Positions 20,001 to 29,822 of a DNA stretch of 64,000 nt are shown here, in pieces; the stretch's first letter is position 1, and the number at the start of each line of letters is the position of its first letter. Below the pieces are notes generated by a model, which worked only from the letters and a program-made list of their open reading frames with translations, ran no database searches and was not told the DNA's origin. Made by a program: the position numbers and the translations under genes. Origin of the DNA: Candidatus Berkelbacteria bacterium (GTDB lineage Bacteria; Patescibacteriota; UBA1384; XYA2-FULL-43-10; 1-14-0-10-43-13); contig JBAXEI010000002.1 in NCBI GenBank assembly GCA_037140515.1, forward strand, positions 39,703-103,702, written 5' to 3'.

Positions 20001-23000
20001 GCTGGCGGCATAGAAATAAGGAGTGCCCTAGTCGTTGATAGCAACTTTCAAATATACAATAGCAGTGAAAGCCCACTAAACATTTCTAAGATTAATTCAG
20101 CCGACGCTCTCCCTGTGACAATAAATGGCAACTTCACACTTCTTCATACGGATGAGACGGGTGCAATAGGAATTGGCAATTCTAATGTACCAGCTACTTT
20201 TCCAACGTTTGATTTGAATAGAGATTTTTCATACGAAGAAAATACCGACACAGCAGGGGACGCGAAAGTCTATCTTTGTATGAAGTTCATCGTTTCTGGT
20301 ACTGTCGATCAGCATTTTACACGACTTAGAACTTTATATCCTTATGGGGTTACTCCTGACTATTTGGCCGGATATTTTGTTAACGTAACTTGGCAATTTA
20401 GAATGGGCGCTGGCGCCCATGTCATCGCCGATACAGACTTCATATTCAACGGCGTGGTTTGCGATGCCAATTATCGTGCAGAATTTTTGAAAAAAAATAG
20501 CAATAAGATTGCTCTGACAAATTTTCAGTATAACAACGGTTGTAACTTTATTCAGCCACTCGACGCAGTCGATAGCTTCCTTTGGTTCGGCGATTTCACG
20601 ATGAACGCTAATTCGACTTTCACAATCAATCCGCTGTTTAAGACCCAGTTTGGATTTATGCGTAGTAAATTCGGGATCAGTTTTGTGGGTAACCAAACTT
20701 ATCCTGAGCGTTGGTCGGGAGACAGTCTGCCATATTACTTCGACACAGGCACAAACGGTAATATTACTGTAAATAATGGCACTCTGGAGTTTCCGACTGG
20801 CTATGTAACAACGGCTGGTGGCGTGACGATAAACGGGGGAGTGCTGAAGGCTCCTGGAGGTGCAGGAAACCTGAGCGTCCACTACAATTTCGTACAGACT
20901 GGCGGTAGCTTTGTTCACCAAAATGGTTTGGTTACTTTGCTTGCTGATTATGCGAACAATACAGTATCTTCGATCAATAATTTATTGACGTTTTACAAGC
21001 TAGATATTACGAAGTATCTTGGCGATACATTCAGTATCTTACTAAAAAGTAATATTCAGACCGATAGCGATCTGACTTTTGGCAACAGGATGACGAGTTT
21101 AATTAACTATCCTCTAAATCACCTAATTTTTCGTAGTGAATCAAGCCTCAATCCTACAGTTACCGTAAAAGGAAATTTCATACTTCCTGACTACGGGAAT
21201 AGAAATTGTTCTACTTTTGGTGCAACAACATATCCAAATCAACTCAATGTCGATTTGTGGGGCGACCTGTCAGCGCCAGCGACGAACGCAGTTGTACTAG
21301 ACGCGAACTTCCACTTTGTGGGTGATCGTGAGCAGCAAATTGATGTAAACGCTCACCTGGAGAACGATGATACTTGGAAGGGTGTTTGGCTAAGCAATGG
21401 TAAATGGGAAATAAATAAGAGCTCTGCGTCCGGAAAAGTATCTCTAGCAAAAAACTTTATTGCGTCTAGCGTACATGGCATTATTGATAATAATAACGGT
21501 CACCCTCTGTATATGGATGTTAAGAAGGGTGTTCTTGACATGAACGGTAAGAATTTCGTTTTGCTCGGCCGGACAAATGATTTCATAGACGGTAGCGGCG
21601 GATTTGCAAACTTGGTTGATGTTACGCTTTCGGCGCAGGATGCAGGGACAATCAGGCTCCTGGGGACCGAACAAACCCCTAGGTTTGTTGTCCTCTCTAG
21701 ATTCTCAACTGTTGAATACTATGATCAGAATGCAAATGGTAGAGAGATAAAGAAATGGAACTATGGGAATCTCAAGATAAACGCGGTAAACGGCGTGACA
21801 AAGGGAAAGTACTCTTTGCCAGCCTCTCTCGTGGGCTATTGGAAGATGGATGAAAGTAGTTGGTCGGGCATAGGAAGTGTTAAAGATTCGACAATTCTGG
21901 CCAATAACGGAACCGCAGCCAATGGTGCCGCGCCGGTGACGGGCAAATATGGGAATTCCGGTAGTTTCAATTATAGTATGAATAGTCTGGTAGACGCTGG
22001 CTCGATACCAAATGTTGATTTGACAAATGAAGTGACTGTATCAACGTGGGTAAACTTTGACAGCTTTCCCTGTGACCAAGCCCAGGGCTTTTTCTCAAAG
22101 GATCATGATCTGACGCTATATGCTACTTGCAGGAGCTATAATGCAGTCACTAATTTCCCACCACGTTATAGTTTCGTGTTCTCGACACCTGGCGGTCTAG
22201 TTGGTTCACAGTTTGCTGCGCCAGTGACCGGTAATTGGTATCATGTTGTCGGTGTATATAAGCAATATGAATACATGAAGATATACGTAAACGGGGTTCT
22301 CTCTAGCACTACGCCTATTACAACCAAACGGTCTGAAACAGCTAGTAATTTTCGGATTGGTAGAGGCTACAGTGAGCGAGTCGATTGTGTTGGCTTCGGA
22401 AGTGCTAGTTGCGATAGCTGGAATAATGTAGATACTCTTAGTGGACGACTTGATGAGGCAAGGCTTTATTCTGTTGCTCTGACTGATCAGCAAATTGCTA
22501 ATTTGTATAATAATAATGATGCTGGTCCCTTACCTGGTACTAATATTCAAAACGATGTCTCGATTGTGGCCGGTACCCTTGACGGACAGGGTCGTGAAGC
22601 AAGCGTCGGTGGCAACTGGACCAACCAAGATACTTTCTTGTCGAAGGACGGCAAGGTAACCTTCACGTCTGCAGATAAGACAGACTTCGTGAATTCGATT
22701 GGTACGACTATTCCGGCTATCAAGCTACTTAATAACAACAATCAGCAGTGGGGAAGTGTTGGGTTCGACAGTGGTATTTCTGATGGTGGCCAGTGGAAGT
22801 TTGTGGATACGAACAATCATATAATCCTGCAAAACAATCTATATGTTGCAAATGGCAATGTTGCGACCGATGCAGCCGATCTAGATAATAAGCAGATGAC
22901 GGTCATGGGTGATGTTGTCCTGACTGGTGGCAAGCTGACGGCTCGTGGCTCTGTGATAAATGTCGGGGGTAATTGGTCAAACACGGGCGGCACTGGAGTT

Positions 23001-26000
23001 CTCGCATATGGTACGTCTACGGTGAAGTTTACGAAGGCTGATGGGCCACAAAATATTTCAGGCAACACTACTTTTTATAATCTGACAAAGCAAGTTTCGA
23101 CAGAGCAGCATTGGATATTTGCAAAAGATTCTGTTACTTCCGTCATGGGCAAGTGGACGGCAACTGGTACGCAAAACAATATTTTGTTTGTCGAGAAAGA
23201 CGGCGTTGCAAACAACGGTGATCATTGGAAAATCTGGCTAAATAACGTATCTTCTGGCAAGGATTTGCAGTGGCTTGCGGTACGTGATTCAAACAACATT
23301 TCAGTTCAAGAGATAAATGTTGCAGCTGATAAAGTATATGATCTTGGAAACAATATTCGCTGGATTTTTGGAGGTATTGATATATCCGGATCATGCAACC
23401 TCTATGATGAAGCTGTTACGACTTTTTGTGCTCCTGGCGCGAATATAGTTTCGGTGGCTGTAAATGATGAGATCCAGCCGATGAAAGGCAGTATCGCAGC
23501 TGATGGAACCTGGAGCGTCAGCGGTATCCTTGGTAAAGCGGCGGGTGCGACGATAACTGTTTATCTAGATGGTGTGGCAATAGAGAAACGTGCAAATCTA
23601 GTTGCTGTTTCGAACGCTACTAATATCATCAACGCTAAATTATTCGAAAATCATCTCACTATCGGAGCTGAGGGTAGCGCAATGATCAATAATGGTAATT
23701 TGGCACTGTTTGGCCACTCTATAGCGGCTGATGATGACATAATTTTCGATATAAATGTCTCAAGTAAAAAACTGACTCTTCTAAATACAGGAAAAGTTCT
23801 TCGAGACGAAGTCTTGTATGTTGGGGGGAACAATAGTTCTTTGTATCAGCCGAAATTTGGAACGATGACTGGTGATCTGATCACAGCGCCTAGCGTTCAT
23901 ATCGGGCCAAGTGCAAAGATGGATCTTTCAAATTGTACAGATATTGATGCATGTAAAATAAATGTTGATGGCGGAAACTGGAGAAACGATCTGACTGGTT
24001 CGTTTGCAGCTGGCTCTTCAACTGTCAATTTCTCTGGCACTGCAAATGATCAGGAGATAAAGACAGGTAATGCTGCCTCAAAATTCGATAAATCGGTAAT
24101 CAATGGCACGATTCAGACAAATAGCTGGGTTTCTCCTGACATAAATCCTTATCAATACCAAAAAGAGATTACGATCAACGGGCCATACTCAGCTGGCGGA
24201 AGTCCTAGTGCAACTCTTTCAAATGGCTTGGTCGCTGAGTACAAGATGAATGAAGCCTCTTGGACGACAAATGGCCCAGTTCTAGACTCGACAACAAATG
24301 GTGCAAACGGCATAAATACACGAGCAAATACAACAGATACTGGCAAATTTGGGCGAGGTGGTGATTTCAACGCCACGAATACAAGCTATGTTGCTTTGCC
24401 TGCTGCCGTAACTTCTGGCTTGAATAAGTTTACGATCTCGATGTGGGTAAACGAAACACAAGCTGGACCAGTTAACGATGACAGGACCCTGATTGGCAAT
24501 TTTAGCACCAGTAATGAAGGTTCTCTTCGTGTGACAAGTAGGGGCGGACGATTGGGAATGCTGGCCTCAAAAATGAATTCGAGCTACCTCAATACAGCTA
24601 ATACTTTTGATGGCACAGGCGTCTCCAGCACGGGGACATATAGCATTTCAAATAATAAGTGGAACCATGTTGTTGTGGTTGCTGATGGTATGCAGATATC
24701 TCTATATGCAAACAGTGAAGCTGACGGAAAAATGATACATCTCGGGTCAAGTCCAGCAGACAGAGGATTGACTGCTCTGTCAATGTACTTGGGCGCACAA
24801 AATTATAACAATTCTATTCCAGCAGCTTCTTACTACACCGGAAAAATTGATGATGTTAGGATTTACAATCGAGCACTCTCTGATGCGGAGATTGGGATAT
24901 TGGATCAGGCCTCGGAGGATAATTCTTTCGACGTAAATAAACTTAATCTTGTGGATTACAAGGCAGTTCTCGACGATGGCGAAGTTGCTCGTTACGATTT
25001 TGAAGACCAAGCAAATGTAGGTAAGGATGTTTCGGGAAATAGCAATAATGGAGTACCTACTGGAGATATTACTGCTTTTGGCAAATTTGGAAATGGTTTG
25101 AAGTTCACCGCAGATGGTCAGAATTTAAGCTTGGGCAAACCATCGATACCTGGCCCTGGAAGCGAATTTTCGGTTAGTACCTGGTTTTACCAAAGCGCAT
25201 ATGCCTTCAGCTCTCAATATCTTGTATCTCAGACCGACTCAGCTGGTTCGGGCTTCTCGATCTTTACCGGTGTCGCTGATACCTCGGGCAATTACGATGA
25301 CATTCTTGTTGGTGACGCTACAAATGATGCAACGGTATGGAAGGTCCCTGTCCTCTTCTCGGTCGGATCTGGCGCCTGGCACCATGTTGTAGTTGTCTCA
25401 AAGAAAAATGGAGCAGATCTATACTTCGACGGCATCTTGAAAGCCTCCAAGACTTCAGCTCTCTCATATGGAAATAACTCAGATAGCCTGGTCCTTGGCA
25501 AGAAAAATTTGACTGTATCTGGTGGTGACCTCAAGGGTGGGCTTGATGAATTCAGAATATATGATCGCTTGCTCACTTCGAGCGACGTTTCAACCTTGCA
25601 CACTAGCAACACAACTTCTGACTGGGCAAATTTCTATACACATGCATTAGAAACTGGACAAGATATTATATTTACTGCGAGTGACAAGACTACTCTCTTA
25701 CCATTTTACCGTGATAAATTCACAGCAAGTGGCCAAAATTCTCGCTTTGTTGTGAAAGTCCCGAGTGTCCCTGCAAATAGCTCAACGAATATCTATGCGT
25801 ACTATGGTAACACACACTCAGACAGGAGCGATGCAAGTTTGATCACTTCTGCTCTTCCTGCACCAAAAGGTGCATGGTCGCTTGATGAGGGAGTCGGAAC
25901 TACAGCAAAAGATGCTACCGCGAATGCTAATAATTGTTCTGTTGTTGCTCCGCCTGACTCTTGGACCGGTAGCGGCAAATCTGGCGCTGCGCTGGTTGGC

Positions 26001-29000
26001 GGAAACACAACGTTGAATTGGAACACGTGGAATTATGCCTTGTGCGGAAATGGGGCATCAATAAATTCAATTTCTGGTGCGATTACTCTTGAAGCCTGGG
26101 TAAACATGGCTTTTCCTGTGTCCCAAAATGTTAGTGGTAGCATCTTGTACAGAGAAAATTCTTACGATCTTGGTATCAGCTCTACATATACTGATTCTAT
26201 TAATATAGACAGGTACAAATTTAGTCTTTATACGAGCAGTGGATGGAAAACAATTTATTCCGACTTCACAGCTACGCCTGGAAAGTGGCAGCACGTTGTG
26301 GCGACTTGGGACAATGGTAGCAAAATCATGAAATTGTATGTCGACGGTGTTTTACGAGCTTCTGGGAGTGAGTATGTTGCCAATTCGCTAGCTGCTTCAT
26401 CGAGTGTCTTTAGTATCGGCGTTGGCCTCTATCAGAATTACGATAGGCTTCAAGGTCAAATTGATGATGCTAGAGTGTATAATGTTGCTCTCGATCCTGC
26501 ACAAATAGCATTGGACGCAATAAGTAAGCCTTTCTACTCACTCAACTCTGTGGCACCAGTCGCTACAAATACCGCGTACGCTCCAAGTATCTTGTTCAGT
26601 GATACTGAAGCCACTTGGCAAGCAGAATCAAACGGTACATGGATAACCTCTGATGATTTCCACGCAAATACACTCACACTTGGTGATGGAGGTCTAAATG
26701 CAGGTGTGGGCGATGTCCATATCTACAGTGATTTCTCTCAGGTGCAAGGAACTAAAACAAGTAAGTTTACTGCTCCTGGTGCAAACAAAACTATGTATGT
26801 TGGCGGAAACTTTACCCACACTAGCGGGCAATTTATAACAAATGGTGGAACGCTTGCCTTCAATTCAAAGGCTTCGGATGTCAAAAATATTAAGCTAAAT
26901 GGCATCTCTCCAGATAATTTGGCTTTTGATAGTGAAACAACAAACAGAGGACAATGGAAGTTTGCTGATACCGACACTGCGGTAGCCGTCGCAAACGATT
27001 TCACACTTGGTAAAACAGTAACTACCACGGCTGGCCTAGGCTCTGCGCCAATTACTACAAGATACATTTGGTATCCAGATGGTGCTCAGGGGATGATCAA
27101 GCAGGATACGGTAACAGGTATTAAGACATCCGTACCTGTACTACCTGGCGGGGGACTCTTCAACGTACATGGTAGTAGTGTCGACAAAGATGGAAACGCT
27201 TGGTTATCTTTTGACAACTATCCAGTCACAGGCTGGAACGGTTATCAGTCGATTAGAATTGATGCTGTGACAAATCAAATTACGAAATATCCTTCAGGCG
27301 GAGGGCCCATCGTAGTTGACTCTGCGGGCAATATTTGGATGTCGCAAGCTAGCTCGACAAATTATCTAATCAAATATAACTCTGCTGGTACTGAAGTCTG
27401 CCGAGGAACTACTAGCTATCATGCAAATGCAATGGCCGCAGATAGCAACGGAAATATTTGGGTGGCGGGAAATAATCAATATGGTATGGACGAGCTGCTC
27501 AAATTTGATCAGAGCTGTACTCAAAAAGTCATTGGTGACTCCTCGTCCCAACCTCTTGGTATCGCAGTCGATAGCGATAACAATGTCTGGGTTACTAGCA
27601 GTCTCGAGGGGGTTGTCAGAAAGATCAATGGCAACACTGGCGCCACAATGGCAATTGTTAGCACTGAGAATGGATATCCTGTTGGTGTTGCTATAGACGC
27701 GAATAATGATGTTTGGGTTGCAAACGATTCTAGCTATGGCACTGTAGTCAAGATAAGCCATACGACAAATACGGTGGTCAAAACTGTTGATGTCAGCGCT
27801 GGTCCATATGGTATTTCAATTTCAGGCGACGGAAAAGTTTGGACAACCCATTTGGGCTCAAATAATACAACCAAGATTGATCCAGTCACAGATACTGTTA
27901 CAAATTACCCTGCCTCCGGTGCTGTATTCACAGTCGGTGACATGACTGGTTTTGCATTGCAAAAATTTGTCTTGAAGAATGATACGCAAGTAGCTCTCGG
28001 GCTGGATCTTCAGGGAAAAACACTGACAACAAAAAATGTTAAAATTATCGACACGGGAAGAATTACAGTAAGTGAGCCTTCTTCGGTAATCGTTTCAGGC
28101 GACTGGCAAAATAATGCAGATGCCGAGACATTTAAGGACGCCACCGGATCCGCGAAGCCTTTATGGGTCGCAAATTTTAATGGCACTTCACAGCGCATTC
28201 TTGGAAATACAGTCTTTTCAACGCTGAAGTCTACAAACTTTACTGCTACTTTCAGAGAGATTGCTTTCGGTGCTGGCACCACAACAGAAGTTACTAAATA
28301 TTTGGATATTGAGGGCAAGAGCTCTTCGGCTAGATCTATCACTCTCAAGTCAACTGCTACTGGGAACAAGTGGAACATCAAGGTCTCTTCAATTTTGACG
28401 CCGAATCATCTAGTAGACTCTGTCAACCTATATGATTCGAATAATACAAATTCTGTTTATCTCTGCGCCTCGAATTCTAATGGTTCAACCACGGATAATA
28501 TTCGTTGGAATATTACTGCTATTTCTTCTGCACCGGGCGTTTGCGGACTGCCAATTTCGATCGTCATTTCTGGCAAAGATCGTGTGAAGGTAGGCGAAAC
28601 ATTCAGCCTTGACTGGGCTGTGGAAGAGGCCGATTCATGTGATTTCACCAGTAATCCCGTGAATGCTAGCTGGAATACTGCTAGAACAATTCCTCCGGCT
28701 GATGTTCACGATTGGACAGGTTCTGTCCCATTAGCTATCAGCAATACAACAACTTTCACTATGACATGCAAAAATTCAAGTAATCCTGGCGGTGTTGTTA
28801 AGACTAAGACGGTCTCGATAAATGGTGGAATTTGTACCTTCAACGATAACAATACTGTGAACGCGATGCTCTTCTGCGAGAATGCATTTAACTTAAAAGG
28901 CGACAATTCTACCTTTAACGGCGCTGTCAGCTCACAGAATATGTCTATCGACGGGGCAACGCAAAACAACAGATTCAACTATGAATATGATACAGACGGA

Positions 29001-29066
29001 AACGCACCTCCAGGATTTCGTTATTTGAATATTCCTAGACCAAGCGAGGTGGGCAACAAGCAGTAA
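17013..29066 (+). CDS. Giant (4017 aa) surface protein. It has a signal-anchor TM, an N/T/G-rich beta-rich region with internal tandem repeats, four LamG/concanavalin-A-like lectin modules, an NHL-like beta-propeller and a Cys-containing C-terminal domain. Putative adhesin.
   Basis: Single uninterrupted 12,054-nt ORF. TM at VVLVTFVLAAALICGF. Four modules each with W..HVV...Y..(L/V)Y.(D/N)G and (L/I)D(E/D)xR(I/L/V)Y, with repeated antisense ORFs only. NHL-like blades GNAWLSF, GNIWMSQ, GNIWVAGN, NNVWVTSS, NDVWVAND and GKVWTTH. Confidence 0.9.
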   Translation: MRKFSPMKSLQQMLGDISSRTNAAHFLRSNIHEKKLNGGVSFQKVVLVTFVLAAALICGFLYNNQPQKAYAANCRWTGSVGNADWMTAGNWTSCASLVPQSGDSITFDSSGTQVVNLNSSTSIANLTIANTFAGTITVGGGYTLTVSTNYRQYAGTFNAPAAGSIRVGNQFMNDQGVFNASTSLVDLYNVTNAGSAGFWGNTTFYDLSITSPTATPVLFEQTRTQTVLHNFVAKGTSSQNLILTRNAGSNWILDLKGTYSMEYVSVSYSTSLRAGYLNPPNSFNGPSNTGWFPPINVSGSCSSTSAETVYLVVNGTLNTQFATTAGGAPCTYTISGVYRPNKGDVIQTFVNKIGASDPTDAQKAVAVMKYNTAGNDVTGLDLREKTLSIGTLDSQVVTYSDLKMYDYVNTTTRKNILYDCTDAYGPNNFFNLMSKASGYSQQLTVYIPNGGTYSGQTSGYRVVTETDYLQIATGGTYLGANDSTMDLKATGTPFTKSGTFDPGTSNFIYSAAVTVTAATYYDLTLLGTGSDTVLAAGTLTALRNFTIGNGTATTVVRANTNNPIINIGDSLARPTFLISNASTFYASPSAVMNVYGSFTAHGTFTHNNGTVNIFLSTGDHGHITADNAPVSKFYNLNITRGATATVAYKIYFDTNFTVDGNLTMRNDTDVRLYIESKTASIGTISVTGDIIFPATPANTGGISIGDNISRDSNGNPIYASWPSIDFKGNFRQLDTDVNPGGSSIVIAGYLTASGSTNQHFERARSTYNAGTAYQPSFLSGDLSSVTWKINKPVAGTFVIPDSDFVFDNVVCDANYDAEFQKNGTNTIALNNFNYGSDCNFTQPNDADMFLLFGNFTMNAAGKTFSINPTFKTQFGYLLSKFFYVSDFVNDETWSKGDVVINNGTLTFPTAYATKMRSLTMNAGNFNAPGGTGELIMYSNFTIGAGATFHNNLGKVKFLTDYIGSYITVANSAASTFYTLDFGRTLTTKRIDYTGNWAGGIEIRSALVVDSNFQIYNSSESPLNISKINSADALPVTINGNFTLLHTDETGAIGIGNSNVPATFPTFDLNRDFSYEENTDTAGDAKVYLCMKFIVSGTVDQHFTRLRTLYPYGVTPDYLAGYFVNVTWQFRMGAGAHVIADTDFIFNGVVCDANYRAEFLKKNSNKIALTNFQYNNGCNFIQPLDAVDSFLWFGDFTMNANSTFTINPLFKTQFGFMRSKFGISFVGNQTYPERWSGDSLPYYFDTGTNGNITVNNGTLEFPTGYVTTAGGVTINGGVLKAPGGAGNLSVHYNFVQTGGSFVHQNGLVTLLADYANNTVSSINNLLTFYKLDITKYLGDTFSILLKSNIQTDSDLTFGNRMTSLINYPLNHLIFRSESSLNPTVTVKGNFILPDYGNRNCSTFGATTYPNQLNVDLWGDLSAPATNAVVLDANFHFVGDREQQIDVNAHLENDDTWKGVWLSNGKWEINKSSASGKVSLAKNFIASSVHGIIDNNNGHPLYMDVKKGVLDMNGKNFVLLGRTNDFIDGSGGFANLVDVTLSAQDAGTIRLLGTEQTPRFVVLSRFSTVEYYDQNANGREIKKWNYGNLKINAVNGVTKGKYSLPASLVGYWKMDESSWSGIGSVKDSTILANNGTAANGAAPVTGKYGNSGSFNYSMNSLVDAGSIPNVDLTNEVTVSTWVNFDSFPCDQAQGFFSKDHDLTLYATCRSYNAVTNFPPRYSFVFSTPGGLVGSQFAAPVTGNWYHVVGVYKQYEYMKIYVNGVLSSTTPITTKRSETASNFRIGRGYSERVDCVGFGSASCDSWNNVDTLSGRLDEARLYSVALTDQQIANLYNNNDAGPLPGTNIQNDVSIVAGTLDGQGREASVGGNWTNQDTFLSKDGKVTFTSADKTDFVNSIGTTIPAIKLLNNNNQQWGSVGFDSGISDGGQWKFVDTNNHIILQNNLYVANGNVATDAADLDNKQMTVMGDVVLTGGKLTARGSVINVGGNWSNTGGTGVLAYGTSTVKFTKADGPQNISGNTTFYNLTKQVSTEQHWIFAKDSVTSVMGKWTATGTQNNILFVEKDGVANNGDHWKIWLNNVSSGKDLQWLAVRDSNNISVQEINVAADKVYDLGNNIRWIFGGIDISGSCNLYDEAVTTFCAPGANIVSVAVNDEIQPMKGSIAADGTWSVSGILGKAAGATITVYLDGVAIEKRANLVAVSNATNIINAKLFENHLTIGAEGSAMINNGNLALFGHSIAADDDIIFDINVSSKKLTLLNTGKVLRDEVLYVGGNNSSLYQPKFGTMTGDLITAPSVHIGPSAKMDLSNCTDIDACKINVDGGNWRNDLTGSFAAGSSTVNFSGTANDQEIKTGNAASKFDKSVINGTIQTNSWVSPDINPYQYQKEITINGPYSAGGSPSATLSNGLVAEYKMNEASWTTNGPVLDSTTNGANGINTRANTTDTGKFGRGGDFNATNTSYVALPAAVTSGLNKFTISMWVNETQAGPVNDDRTLIGNFSTSNEGSLRVTSRGGRLGMLASKMNSSYLNTANTFDGTGVSSTGTYSISNNKWNHVVVVADGMQISLYANSEADGKMIHLGSSPADRGLTALSMYLGAQNYNNSIPAASYYTGKIDDVRIYNRALSDAEIGILDQASEDNSFDVNKLNLVDYKAVLDDGEVARYDFEDQANVGKDVSGNSNNGVPTGDITAFGKFGNGLKFTADGQNLSLGKPSIPGPGSEFSVSTWFYQSAYAFSSQYLVSQTDSAGSGFSIFTGVADTSGNYDDILVGDATNDATVWKVPVLFSVGSGAWHHVVVVSKKNGADLYFDGILKASKTSALSYGNNSDSLVLGKKNLTVSGGDLKGGLDEFRIYDRLLTSSDVSTLHTSNTTSDWANFYTHALETGQDIIFTASDKTTLLPFYRDKFTASGQNSRFVVKVPSVPANSSTNIYAYYGNTHSDRSDASLITSALPAPKGAWSLDEGVGTTAKDATANANNCSVVAPPDSWTGSGKSGAALVGGNTTLNWNTWNYALCGNGASINSISGAITLEAWVNMAFPVSQNVSGSILYRENSYDLGISSTYTDSINIDRYKFSLYTSSGWKTIYSDFTATPGKWQHVVATWDNGSKIMKLYVDGVLRASGSEYVANSLAASSSVFSIGVGLYQNYDRLQGQIDDARVYNVALDPAQIALDAISKPFYSLNSVAPVATNTAYAPSILFSDTEATWQAESNGTWITSDDFHANTLTLGDGGLNAGVGDVHIYSDFSQVQGTKTSKFTAPGANKTMYVGGNFTHTSGQFITNGGTLAFNSKASDVKNIKLNGISPDNLAFDSETTNRGQWKFADTDTAVAVANDFTLGKTVTTTAGLGSAPITTRYIWYPDGAQGMIKQDTVTGIKTSVPVLPGGGLFNVHGSSVDKDGNAWLSFDNYPVTGWNGYQSIRIDAVTNQITKYPSGGGPIVVDSAGNIWMSQASSTNYLIKYNSAGTEVCRGTTSYHANAMAADSNGNIWVAGNNQYGMDELLKFDQSCTQKVIGDSSSQPLGIAVDSDNNVWVTSSLEGVVRKINGNTGATMAIVSTENGYPVGVAIDANNDVWVANDSSYGTVVKISHTTNTVVKTVDVSAGPYGISISGDGKVWTTHLGSNNTTKIDPVTDTVTNYPASGAVFTVGDMTGFALQKFVLKNDTQVALGLDLQGKTLTTKNVKIIDTGRITVSEPSSVIVSGDWQNNADAETFKDATGSAKPLWVANFNGTSQRILGNTVFSTLKSTNFTATFREIAFGAGTTTEVTKYLDIEGKSSSARSITLKSTATGNKWNIKVSSILTPNHLVDSVNLYDSNNTNSVYLCASNSNGSTTDNIRWNITAISSAPGVCGLPISIVISGKDRVKVGETFSLDWAVEEADSCDFTSNPVNASWNTARTIPPADVHDWTGSVPLAISNTTTFTMTCKNSSNPGGVVKTKTVSINGGICTFNDNNTVNAMLFCENAFNLKGDNSTFNGAVSSQNMSIDGATQNNRFNYEYDTDGNAPPGFRYLNIPRPSEVGNKQ

Positions 29067-29141
29067 AATCAAATTGGCTATTGTTTAAAGAATAGTAATA
29101 TTATAAAATGTAGTAAGTAATAATGCGCACTAGGAGGGACA

Positions 29142-29822
29142 ATGGATTTGGAAAATGTGCTAAAGGGGCAGACCCCAGCACCGGCCACTTCTGGCCAATC
29201 GCCTGAGGCGGAGATCACACAATTTCAAGAGAAAAATAAAGTGAATATTTCACTGGTTTTACTTTGGTCTGCTGCGGCAATTGCCGTTCTCGGGACAGGT
29301 TTATTCTTCTTGCTAAGCTCAAGCGCTCACCAAGACGTTGTCGAGTATCAAAAAACATTGGTTGCCAAAGATGACGAGATTGAAAAGGGCAAGAAAAACG
29401 CAAATGAAAAGGAAATCGTATCAATAAAAGCAGTCGTCGCTCAGCTAAAAAATGCTGAAGCAAACCGTTTCTCAATGGTTGATTTTTTGCCTTTGTTTTT
29501 CGCTCATGTAGATAAAAATGTAACTCTAAATACTCTAGCAGTCTCAAGCGAAGGTGTAATCAGCTTCACAGGCAATACCGATAGCTTCAAATCGGCCGCT
29601 GAACAGGTTATGGCTTTGAAGGCATGGAAAATCAAGGATACTGAAGCGCTTTCGGGTGTGAACCTCGGGGCTGTCTCAGCAACTCGAAGTGAGGATGGCA
29701 AGGTTACTGTTCCTATCGCTATAAACGCTACGTTTGATAAGAAATTGCTCCCAGACGCGATTGCATTAGTGCCTTCGACTAGCGGCACAACAACAGGAGG
29801 TTCAAATGCCAAAGTTCAATAA
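29142..29822 (+). CDS. Bitopic membrane protein, PilN-like type IV pilus alignment/assembly protein (tentative).
   Basis: Short cytoplasmic N-terminus, one TM (ISLVLLWSAAAIAVLGTGLFFLL), a coiled-coil segment and then an extracytoplasmic domain. First gene of the pilus operon. Confidence 0.45.
   Translation: MDLENVLKGQTPAPATSGQSPEAEITQFQEKNKVNISLVLLWSAAAIAVLGTGLFFLLSSSAHQDVVEYQKTLVAKDDEIEKGKKNANEKEIVSIKAVVAQLKNAEANRFSMVDFLPLFFAHVDKNVTLNTLAVSSEGVISFTGNTDSFKSAAEQVMALKAWKIKDTEALSGVNLGAVSATRSEDGKVTVPIAINATFDKKLLPDAIALVPSTSGTTTGGSNAKVQ

Noticed and set aside
10717-29066. Diversity-generating retroelement targeting the surface proteins.
   Set aside because: No reverse-transcriptase gene in the window. 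No template/variable repeat pair differing at adenines. The paralog similarity is protein-level only.
17013-29066. Polymorphic toxin (giant protein with a C-terminal toxin domain plus an immunity gene).
   Set aside because: No recognisable toxin fold or pre-toxin motif at the C-terminus. The next gene is a PilN-like pilus component and not a small immunity protein.
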